A DNA stretch of 32,000 nt from NCBI GenBank assembly GCA_000166095.1, contig CP002278.1, forward strand, positions 990,001 to 1,022,000, read 5' to 3'. The translations under genes and the position numbers were made by a program. Source of the stretch: Methanothermus fervidus DSM 2088. Lineage in GTDB: Archaea; Methanobacteriota; Methanobacteria; DSM-2088; Methanothermaceae. The notes beneath the pieces were generated by a model. That model saw nothing but the letters and a program-made list of their open reading frames with translations. It made no database searches and had not been told where the DNA came from. Each line of letters starts with the position of its first letter. Position 1 is the first letter of the stretch. Positions 17,468 to 26,248 of this stretch are shown piece by piece.

Positions 17468-19786
17468 CTATAGTGAAATTCGTCTTCTATCAAGTAACTC
17501 TTGTCTTTTACCTTTATTCCAACCTCCACTTGCTCTTTTTGCCCTACCAACCTGTTGTACATAACCTGTGATCCTATCATACCATTCAATCTCATCTTTT
17601 TCTCCACAGTTAATACATGAATCTTTTAATCCTCTCATCAAAGTCTTACATCTCAAACAGAAACTAAGTGCATTGCTATATGCCCAAAATCCTATCTCTG
17701 ATCGTTTACAAATTTTCTCTGTTAAACTCATCAAACCTTTTGGATTTGGCGCTGATTCACCTAGCCAAACATGGAAGATATGCCCGCCTTTTGTCAATGG
17801 ATGGAATTTCTGCTCTATTTTAAGTCTATCAATGATGTCAAGCTCAGAATCAACTGGTATATGACTTGAATTTGTGTAATAATATGCTCCTTCTGTGCCC
17901 TGAACTACAGCATCAAAACGTTCAATATCAAGCATTGCAAATCTATGTGCTGTAGATTCAGCAGGTGTCTGTAATACTGACCATCTCCAACCTGTTTCAT
18001 CCCTTAACTCCTGAGCTTTTTTGTTTATTTCTTCAATGATTTTAATTCCAAACCTCCTACTATATTTATCCTCTAATCCTTCTCCTGTATGTGCAATTAA
18101 CATTTCATTAAGTCCAACAAAACCAAAACTCATTGTTGCATTCTCAATTCTATAATACATCTCGCCATCGAATTTCTGTGATAGGAAAGGTAAAATATTG
18201 TATTGGTTCAAACATTTTAATGCATGCTCCCTTCGTATTTCAAGTACTTCTTTTGCCAATCTTAAATAATCATGTAAGTAGTCATATATTTCATCATCAT
18301 CTCTACTCCTGTAGGCGATTCTTGGCAAGTTTACAGTTACATAAGCTAAATTACCTGTCCTTAAACAATCAGCCTCCCAATTCCCTGTCCATTCTGTACC
18401 TAATCTAGTTCTACATCCCATTGCATTTACTAAAACATTATTATAGCTTGTTTCCATATTTAAGAAATAAGGAGTACCATATTTAGCTGATAACTCATGC
18501 ACCATCTCTAAAAGCTCAGGATCCCATGTTTCCTTTCTTAATACATAAATTGTATTTGGGAAGAGATGTGGTTTTCCATAAGCATCTCCTTCAAGTAAAA
18601 CTTCTGTGAAAGCTTTTGCTAAAAGTTTTGTCTCATCCTGATAATCCCCATAAACTCCTACTTTCTCACCACCAGGACCGTATGCTGTTTCATCCTGGAG
18701 GAATTCAGGGACTCCTAATTCTAAATTAATACTTGTGAATGGAACTTGACTTCCTCTAGCAGCGTAAGCCATATTAAGATTGAAAATAAACATTTGAACA
18801 GCTTGTTTAATGCGTTCATAGCTTAATCCCTCTACAAAAGGTGCAACAAATATATTCCATAGTGACATCGCCTGACCGCCAGACATATTTTGTTGTGCTG
18901 CTAGCATTATTTCTCCACAGTGATTCATCAATGTCTCTAGATGTTTAGGTTGTGCAGCAACACTTGTGTGATCTCCGGTTCCATCCACTTTGAGTCCAAA
19001 ACGAATAAAAAGCCTTAAATCATGTTGGAGACAATTTAGAGGTCTAGCAGGGAAAAATTCAAGGTCATGAATATGTATATCTCCACTCATGTGTGCATCT
19101 GCAAGATGAGAAGGAAGCAATCGTAATAATGCATATTGTTTGAATGCTTCATCAGCCACATACTTATGTATTGTTTCTGAGTTATGAACTATGTTTGCAT
19201 TATCTCTTGAACCTTCTTCTATCAATTTTTCAATATTATATACAGGAATTCCTAATCTTGTATGTCTCTTCCTCAAATCTTCAAGACCATACTCAACTAA
19301 TTTTACATTTACAAATTCTCTTATCATTGGGGAAGTTACATGGTCAATCCTAAGTTTTTTTAGTTCTTTCCAAATTTCAGATGCTATTTTTTTAGCTATA
19401 TGTTTTGGAGCTCCTGTTTCAACAATTAATGCTCGTTCTATTTTTTTCTTATCAAATTTTTCTATTTTATCTCTACTTGTTCTTACCTTTAATTCATTTG
19501 CAGCCAAATACTCATCTGCAGCCTTTTCATCAATTTTTTGTAATTCATTATATACCAACATTTTTATTTCACTTGTTGTCATTCCATCATATGCATTTGA
19601 AGCTACCTTTGATGCAATTTTTTTTGCCATTGACAATGAAACACCAATGTTTAACAATGATCTAATTATTTTTCCAGGTCTAAACTTTTCTTTAATCCCA
19701 CTGCTCTTTTTTATAGTAATGCCTGCTTTCGATGGAACATACATCTTTACATCTTTTTGCAATTGGATCACCACTAATAATTTCAA
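17468..19786 (-). CDS. nrdD: Anaerobic ribonucleoside-triphosphate reductase NrdD (class III, glycyl-radical)
   Basis: It has an N-terminal ATP-cone-like segment and a C-terminal Zn ribbon (CLRC...CINCG), followed by the glycyl-radical motif RITGY and WNKGKRQE. No intein insertion is evident. The real start may be the ATG at 19744 (MYVPSKAG...), because a strong SD GGTGATCC lies inside the first 14 codons of the longest ORF. Confidence 0.95.
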   Translation of the reverse strand: MKLLVVIQLQKDVKMYVPSKAGITIKKSSGIKEKFRPGKIIRSLLNIGVSLSMAKKIASKVASNAYDGMTTSEIKMLVYNELQKIDEKAADEYLAANELKVRTSRDKIEKFDKKKIERALIVETGAPKHIAKKIASEIWKELKKLRIDHVTSPMIREFVNVKLVEYGLEDLRKRHTRLGIPVYNIEKLIEEGSRDNANIVHNSETIHKYVADEAFKQYALLRLLPSHLADAHMSGDIHIHDLEFFPARPLNCLQHDLRLFIRFGLKVDGTGDHTSVAAQPKHLETLMNHCGEIMLAAQQNMSGGQAMSLWNIFVAPFVEGLSYERIKQAVQMFIFNLNMAYAARGSQVPFTSINLELGVPEFLQDETAYGPGGEKVGVYGDYQDETKLLAKAFTEVLLEGDAYGKPHLFPNTIYVLRKETWDPELLEMVHELSAKYGTPYFLNMETSYNNVLVNAMGCRTRLGTEWTGNWEADCLRTGNLAYVTVNLPRIAYRSRDDDEIYDYLHDYLRLAKEVLEIRREHALKCLNQYNILPFLSQKFDGEMYYRIENATMSFGFVGLNEMLIAHTGEGLEDKYSRRFGIKIIEEINKKAQELRDETGWRWSVLQTPAESTAHRFAMLDIERFDAVVQGTEGAYYYTNSSHIPVDSELDIIDRLKIEQKFHPLTKGGHIFHVWLGESAPNPKGLMSLTEKICKRSEIGFWAYSNALSFCLRCKTLMRGLKDSCINCGEKDEIEWYDRITGYVQQVGRAKRASGGWNKGKRQELLDRRRISL

Positions 19787-20060
19787 TTGAAAAATTATTA
19801 CTTAAAAACTTTGCATAACATGTTCCATTTCTAAAAACTTAAAAAACAAAAATGGAAACTTGCAAGTAATCATCTATATCAAATCTTATATAAAATTTTC
19901 CAATTGAAAAGCACAGGAAAAGGTTATAAAATGAAAAAAAGAAATATGGTGTTAAAAAAGTTGAAAATAATATATCTTTAATTTAAAAAACTAAAAAGAA
20001 GATGTTCAACAAAATTTAAAGTCTAAAAATAACATGTTCAAAAATTATTTTTAGGAATTT

Positions 20061-20786
20061 TTAGCTCCAAGAAAGTAATTTATCTGAAATAAATTCTGGA
20101 GGTACTGGATTTATATAAGCAAAAATTAAAATTAAAGTTAAAGAAAGGAATACAACCAATAAAATAAGTTTGTCCTCTCTATATGGGTATATTTTATAAA
20201 TCAGCATGCAAAATAGGAAAAACAAAACAATTATGGCTAAAGAATAATTTTTATTTGGATTTTCCACTTTTATTTTTTCTAAAGGTAATATCTTAACAAT
20301 CTTACATTCAACTATTAACCTTTTACTTGTTGAACCAAAAGGATAGCAAGTAACAAGTAACAATTTATTGCCTTGACGCAAAGGTATTTCATAGTCTGCA
20401 GGAACTACAAATGATTTATCAACTTTATATTCAATTTTTCCAACTTTTGGCCAATTAACATATACTACATCGCCTTTTTTCAATTTATCTAAATTCATAA
20501 ATGGAGATCCATAAAGCGTTCTATGTCCAAAGAGGACTGTAGTTCCAGACCCAGGAATGGACGATCTAGGATCATAGTATACACCATAAGATAGTGATTT
20601 GTTGTTAATTTCTTCTTTTAAGTTTATTGCAGGTATCTCTAAGGTGGCTGTGTATTTATTCTCTATAGTTATCTTTGAGGCATAATAACTTACCTCAATA
20701 AGTGCATAAAGAAAAATTATAAAAACTCCAACAATGATCATAACTGTAGATAATTTTACTTTCACATTTCCGCCCCCAGTACACAT
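20061..20786 (-). CDS. Sortase-family transpeptidase-like membrane protein
   Basis: TVLFGHRTLYGSPFMNLDKLKKGDVVYV is the sortase His motif with the downstream L..L..GD. LLLVTCYPFGS is the TLxTC-like catalytic Cys motif. SKRLIVECK supplies the conserved Arg. There is one N-terminal and two C-terminal hydrophobic helices. The longest ORF starts at a TTG (20864), but the ATG at 20786 is favoured. Confidence 0.7.
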   Translation of the reverse strand: MCTGGGNVKVKLSTVMIIVGVFIIFLYALIEVSYYASKITIENKYTATLEIPAINLKEEINNKSLSYGVYYDPRSSIPGSGTTVLFGHRTLYGSPFMNLDKLKKGDVVYVNWPKVGKIEYKVDKSFVVPADYEIPLRQGNKLLLVTCYPFGSTSKRLIVECKIVKILPLEKIKVENPNKNYSLAIIVLFFLFCMLIYKIYPYREDKLILLVVFLSLTLILIFAYINPVPPEFISDKLLSWS

Positions 20787-20817
20787 TGATATCTCTCTAC
20801 TATCTAAAAAAATTAAC

Positions 20818-20822
20818 GAGGT
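20818..20822 (+). promoter_or_regulatory. Shine-Dalgarno site (GAGGT) for the GT2 gene starting at the GTG at 20830
   Basis: GAGGT lies 7 nt upstream of the in-frame GTG. That GTG precedes KKNIIIIPAYNEE, the usual N-terminus of GT2 enzymes. Confidence 0.6.
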
Positions 20823-20829
20823 AAAAAAC

Positions 20830-21485
<656 letters not shown>

Positions 21486-21507
<22 letters not shown>

Positions 21508-22484
21508 TTTTTTCAATAAGTTTTTTATTAATATTATCGCTGATCTTGTGGATCGGACCATATAAACTTTATAAAACAGTGATTAAGGCAAATTGGAATT
21601 TATTAGTATTAGCAATGTTTACACACATCTTTGCAATTATCATTAGGTCTGTGAGATGGGGAATATTAACACAAAAAAATGATCTGAAAAAAAATTTTAT
21701 TGTGAAAACTATAGGTTTATTTGCAGGTAATATAACACCTTCAAGGGCTGGCGGTGAACCAATAACAGCCCTGGCAGGCAAAAGAATCAATAAAATATCT
21801 TTTTCATTAGGAATGTCCGCAGGATTAGTTGAAAGATTTTTTGATCTTGGTGTAGTTGGTATTATTTTGATTATAGTTGGGTTTTCAATGCCTAAACTAC
21901 GATTTATAGCTATTATTGGTGGTTTATTATCAATTTTAATCACTGCCCTCATCTATGTCTTTGCTTGGAATGCAAAAATAGGAACAATGTTGTATGTTAA
22001 ATTCCACAATATTTTAAAATTTTTACCATTAGATGAAGAAATATTGGATAATCTATATGTTAAAGCTATAAATACAATTGAAAAAATAGTTACAGAAACA
22101 AGAAAAATTTCTGTTTTTAGATTATTTTTAGTTTCATTGTTATCAATTTTGTCCTGGCTAACAGAATGTTTTAGATTGTATCTAGTGATACTTGCATTCA
22201 ACAAGTATATTGCCTTCCCACTTGTTGTCGTATTATTTTTAATTGTAAATGTAGTTGGCATTGTTTCTGCATTACCTGGCGGTATGGGCTCTATCGAAGT
22301 CTCATCTACAGGTTTATTGGTTTTATTTAAAATTCCAAGTTCTATAGCAGGTAGTATTGCATTTATGGACAGAGTTGTATCATTTTGGTTAGTAACAATA
22401 CTTGGATTGGCATTTTCAATATATTATGCACCAGATATACTAGATGAAACTAAGAAATATATTGAAACATTGAAAACTGAGTGA
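21486..22484 (+). CDS. Flippase-like integral membrane protein (LPG-synthase-TM / TIGR00374 family)
   Basis: About 8 hydrophobic helices. RSVRWGIL and PSRAGGEP motifs are typical of this family, which is commonly paired with polyprenyl-phosphate GT2 enzymes. The GTG start at 21486 is preceded by the SD AGGTGGA (21474-21480). Confidence 0.7.
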
Positions 22485-23368
22485 TTTTCATGGATGATGT
22501 GGCAATAATAATTCTGAATTGGAATGGATGGAAGGATACAATTGAATGTTTAAAATCTCTTAACAATTTAAATTATAAAAATTATGAAGTTATAGTGGTT
22601 GATAATGGATCCACAGACAATTCTGTTGAAAAAATCAAGGAATACATAGAAAATAAACCTAAATTTAAGTTAATAGCAAATGAAAAAAATCTTGGTTTTG
22701 CTGGTGGAAACAACATAGGAATTAGATATGCACTAAATAATGAATTTGAATATATTTTGCTTCTTAACAATGATACTGTAGTTGATGAAAATTTCTTAAA
22801 GCCTATGGTAGAATTATTGGAATCAAGTGATGATATAGGATTTGTTGGACCAAAAACTTATTTTTATGATAAAAAAAATGTAATTCAGGTTGCTGGCGGT
22901 GGATATGTAGATTTAACAACTGCCAGAGCTTATCTGTTAGGTTATATGGAAAATGATTCTAGTAAATACAATGAAGTAATTGAATTAGATTATGTAAGTG
23001 GTTCATGTATTTTAACTAAAAGGGATGTAATTGAGGAAATAGGATTGTTAGATGAAAGGTTTTTTATGTATTATGAAGATGTTGAATGGTGTTACAGAGG
23101 AAAAAAACATGGTTATAAGTCATTTTATCAGCCAGAGGCTGTGATATGGCATAAACATGGTGCATCCACAAATAAATGTTTTGAGTTGTATCATTTAAAC
23201 AAAAGTAGAATTTTGTTTATTAAAAAAACTGGAATGAAAAACTTCATTAAATTTGTTTTTAAATTTTTTTCAAATGTTTTTTGGCTGGAAAGTTACTATT
23301 ATATAAGAAAATATCCTCAAGCATATAAATGTTATTTAAAGGGATTGTTGGAGGGTTTTAAAGGATGA
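22481..23368 (+). CDS. GT2 glycosyltransferase
   Basis: AIIILNWNGWKDTIECLKSL...VIVVDNGSTDNS...NLGFAGGNNIG...LLLNNDT...EDVEWCYR. It has 4-nt overlaps with both neighbours. Confidence 0.85.
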   Translation: MIFMDDVAIIILNWNGWKDTIECLKSLNNLNYKNYEVIVVDNGSTDNSVEKIKEYIENKPKFKLIANEKNLGFAGGNNIGIRYALNNEFEYILLLNNDTVVDENFLKPMVELLESSDDIGFVGPKTYFYDKKNVIQVAGGGYVDLTTARAYLLGYMENDSSKYNEVIELDYVSGSCILTKRDVIEEIGLLDERFFMYYEDVEWCYRGKKHGYKSFYQPEAVIWHKHGASTNKCFELYHLNKSRILFIKKTGMKNFIKFVFKFFSNVFWLESYYYIRKYPQAYKCYLKGLLEGFKG

Positions 23369-24438
23369 AAATAAATTTTACAGTGAAATTAACAGCGATG
23401 ACAGGGGGTATAAGATTTGTATTTGAAATTGCAAATAGATTGGTCGAGAAGGGACACGATGTAACCATAACAGCATTAGGAGGAGATCACAGATGGTTTC
23501 CATTGAAAGCAGAAGTAAATTATGTATCTTTACCAAAATTCTTTAAATTTTTTGATTATGTGAAAAGACTTATTTTTAGAAGAAAGCTGTATTATTATGA
23601 ATTAAATACTCTCGCTAGAAAAATAGGTCTTAACATTGATATGATTAAAGTTTTGGCAAAATATACACCTGATTGTGATGTTAACATTGCAACAAGATTT
23701 TTAACAGCGTTTGCTGTATATAGAAGCAACAAAGGGATTCCTGTTTATCTCTGCCAAGATTTTGAGGAATCTGTTGCTGAAAAAGGCGACTACTACCTTA
23801 AAATGTTTTATGAATCTTTGAATCTTCCTATGCATTTTATAACCATATCTGAATGGATGAAAGAATGGTTGAGTGAGTATTCAAACAATGTTTTTTTAGT
23901 TAGGAATGGAATAAATCATGACATTTTTTATCCAAGAAATGTTGAAAAAGATGGAAAATATGTGATGGGTATATATAGGGATTTAGAATATAAAGGTGGA
24001 AAAGAACTTATAGAAGCATTGAAGATAATTAAAAGAAATAAAAATGATGTTAAAACAATAGTTTTAGGTAAAGACTTTGGAGATATTAGTTATAATAGAG
24101 TTAGTGATAAGAAATTATCAGAATTATATAATTTAGCTGATGTATTTATCTATACCTCAAAAGTAGAAGGTTTTGGATTACCTCCATTAGAAGCCATGGC
24201 TTGTGGAACAGCTGTTGTAACAACAGATTGTAAAGGTGTTAGAGAATATATAGAAGATGGAAAAAATGGATTCATAGTTCCAAGAAATCCTAAAAAAATT
24301 GCGGAAAAAAGCATTGAATTATTAGAGGATGAAAAGTTAAGAAGAAAAATTGCAAGAATGGGAATTAAAACAGCAAAAAAATATAATTGGGATAGAAGTG
24401 CTGATGAATTTGAAAAAATATTATACAAGATAGTATGA
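23365..24438 (+). CDS. GT4 glycosyltransferase
   Basis: SKVEGFGLPPLEAMACGTAVVTTD...GKNGFIV is the GT4 E-x7-E region. Confidence 0.85.
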   Translation: MKINFTVKLTAMTGGIRFVFEIANRLVEKGHDVTITALGGDHRWFPLKAEVNYVSLPKFFKFFDYVKRLIFRRKLYYYELNTLARKIGLNIDMIKVLAKYTPDCDVNIATRFLTAFAVYRSNKGIPVYLCQDFEESVAEKGDYYLKMFYESLNLPMHFITISEWMKEWLSEYSNNVFLVRNGINHDIFYPRNVEKDGKYVMGIYRDLEYKGGKELIEALKIIKRNKNDVKTIVLGKDFGDISYNRVSDKKLSELYNLADVFIYTSKVEGFGLPPLEAMACGTAVVTTDCKGVREYIEDGKNGFIVPRNPKKIAEKSIELLEDEKLRRKIARMGIKTAKKYNWDRSADEFEKILYKIV

Positions 24439-25196
24439 TATCGGTGATATGCGTATACAACAATGAAAAAATTTTAAATGATTATTTGTTAAGGTCCTTA
24501 GAAAAACAAGTTGACCATGAAAGAATACTAGTGGATAATAGATTCAATAAATTTAAATCTGCTGCTGAAGCCTTGAATTATGCTGGAAAGAAAGCAAAAG
24601 GAGATTATTTATTATTTTGTCATCAAGATGTTGAACTTCTAACAAAAGATTGGCTTAAAAAGGCTGAAGAAATTCTTGAGGATCTTGATAATTTAGGTGT
24701 TGCTGGAGTTGCTGGTGTAACTAAAGAAGGTGTAAAGAAAAATGTTATAATTCATGAATTTCCACCAAAAAGGTGGGGTACTCCAATAAATAAACCTGTT
24801 GAAGTAGAAACTGTTGATGAATGTTTATTTATAGTTCCAAGAGAAGTTTTTAAAAAATATAAATTTGATGAAAAAACTTGTCAAGGATGGCATCTTTATT
24901 GTGTTGATTATTGTTTAGATTTAAAAAAGAGAGGATTTAAAATATATACTCTTCCATTGAAAATATATCATCTCTCTAAACATTCTGAAGAAATGAATGC
25001 ATTGAAAACCATTTTAAATCTCGGATATCATCCTAGTGATTATTATGAAGAACTTAAGAAAATTTTAGAGAAACATAAAGATCTCAAGGAGATACATACT
25101 ACATGCGGTACCTGGAGAACAGATGAACCATTGCTATTACAAAGATTAAAACTTCTATTTTCATTGGCATTAAGAAAAATTCAAGGAAAATCATAA
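24435..25196 (+). CDS. Glycosyltransferase-like family protein (GT2-like, Glyco_tranf_2_5 type)
   Basis: ISVICVYNNEKILNDYLLRSL...SAAEALNYAGKKAKGDYLLFCHQDVELL resembles the 'glycosyltransferase like family' pattern (ICVNNE...GYN.G...A.G.Y..F.HQDV). Confidence 0.6.
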   Translation: MISVICVYNNEKILNDYLLRSLEKQVDHERILVDNRFNKFKSAAEALNYAGKKAKGDYLLFCHQDVELLTKDWLKKAEEILEDLDNLGVAGVAGVTKEGVKKNVIIHEFPPKRWGTPINKPVEVETVDECLFIVPREVFKKYKFDEKTCQGWHLYCVDYCLDLKKRGFKIYTLPLKIYHLSKHSEEMNALKTILNLGYHPSDYYEELKKILEKHKDLKEIHTTCGTWRTDEPLLLQRLKLLFSLALRKIQGKS

Positions 25197-25210
25197 GGGA
25201 AGTTGTTTAC

Positions 25211-26239
25211 ATGAAAGTATGTTATTTTGGTTCATATCCAGAATATTATCCAAGGCATAGAATTATAAAGAAAGGATTGGAAAAACATGGAGTTGAAGTT
25301 TGTGAAGTTGTTGATAGATCACATATATTGTTAAGGTATCCAAAACTTGCATTAAAATATTTTAAGGAGAAAAATTTTGATGTTATTCTTGTTGGTGAGG
25401 CAAGTAATTTTGTTCAGCCATTGGCATTACTTTTAAAAAAAATAACAAATAAGCCATTGATATTTGATACATATGTTTCTGTATATGATACAAATAAAGA
25501 TAGAGGTATTTACAAGAACATCAACAAAATATTCTATTTTTTAGATAAAATAAATTGCCAATTCTCAGACATTGTTTTACAAGATACAAAACAAAATTTA
25601 CAATATTTTCATGAAACATTTTCTATTCCAAAGGAAAAATTTAGGGTTGTATATATTGGTGCTGAGGAAGATGTTTTCTATCCAAGAGATTGTTGTGAAG
25701 ATAGATTTAATGTTTTATTTTATGGAACTTATATACCACTTCATGGTGTTGAATATATTGTTAAAGCAGCTAAATTACTTCCAAATGTTAAATTTACACT
25801 TATTGGAAGAGGTCAGACATATCCAAAGGTTAGAAGATTAAGTAAAAATTTAAATAATGTAATATTTAAAGATAAGGTTCCCTATTTTCAACTTCCTAAA
25901 TATATTGAGAGGGCTAGTGTTTGTTTAGGTATATTTGGAGGAACTGACAAGGCCATGCGGGTTATACCAACTAAAATTTACCAGTCAATAGCAATGAGAA
26001 AACCTGTTATAACTGGTGACTCACCAGCTATTAAAGAACTTTTTGAGGATAAAAAGAATATTTTATTGTGTAAAATGGCTGATGAAAATAGTTTGGCAGA
26101 AGCAATTGAATTACTTAAAGAGGATGAAAAATTACGTAATAAACTTTCAAAAAATTCATACAAATTATTTAAAAAGAATTTAACTTCTTACCATATTGGT
26201 AAAAAAATAAAAAAAATAATAAAGGAAGTAAGGTTTTAA
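25211..26239 (+). CDS. GT-B fold glycosyltransferase (GT1/GT4-like)
   Basis: KVCYFGSYPEYYPRHRIIKKGLEKHGVEV is the N-terminal pattern. The C-terminal segment is VIPTKIYQSIAMRKPVITGDSPAIKELF...NILLC. Confidence 0.7.
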   Translation: MKVCYFGSYPEYYPRHRIIKKGLEKHGVEVCEVVDRSHILLRYPKLALKYFKEKNFDVILVGEASNFVQPLALLLKKITNKPLIFDTYVSVYDTNKDRGIYKNINKIFYFLDKINCQFSDIVLQDTKQNLQYFHETFSIPKEKFRVVYIGAEEDVFYPRDCCEDRFNVLFYGTYIPLHGVEYIVKAAKLLPNVKFTLIGRGQTYPKVRRLSKNLNNVIFKDKVPYFQLPKYIERASVCLGIFGGTDKAMRVIPTKIYQSIAMRKPVITGDSPAIKELFEDKKNILLCKMADENSLAEAIELLKEDEKLRNKLSKNSYKLFKKNLTSYHIGKKIKKIIKEVRF

Positions 26240-26246
26240 TTTTTTT
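26240..26246 (+). terminator. Oligo-T tract (T7) directly after the stop of the plus-strand GT operon
   Basis: TAA (26237-26239) is followed by ttttttt. Archaeal RNA polymerase terminates at oligo-T runs. Confidence 0.35.
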
Positions 26247-26248
26247 AT

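Noticed and set aside
17468-19786. A possible intein or insertion in nrdD, as some archaeal class III reductases carry.
   Set aside because: The 772-aa length and uninterrupted conserved blocks through to the C-terminal Zn ribbon and RITGY glycyl-radical motif leave no room for an intein. No intein splice-junction or homing-endonuclease motifs were seen.
19931-19981. A 16-codon ORF (MKKRNMVLKKLKIIYL) with a weak upstream purine-rich stretch in the nrdD/sortase spacer.
   Set aside because: It is too short and low in complexity. It is expected by chance in A-rich DNA and has no convincing SD.
20734-20829. A 32-codon N-terminal extension of the GT2 protein (MIITVDNFTFTFPPPVHIDISLL...).
   Set aside because: It is the antisense of the sortase-like gene's 5' region. 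GT2 homologues start at the KKxIIIPAYNEE block, and a GTG with a well-placed SD exists at 20830.
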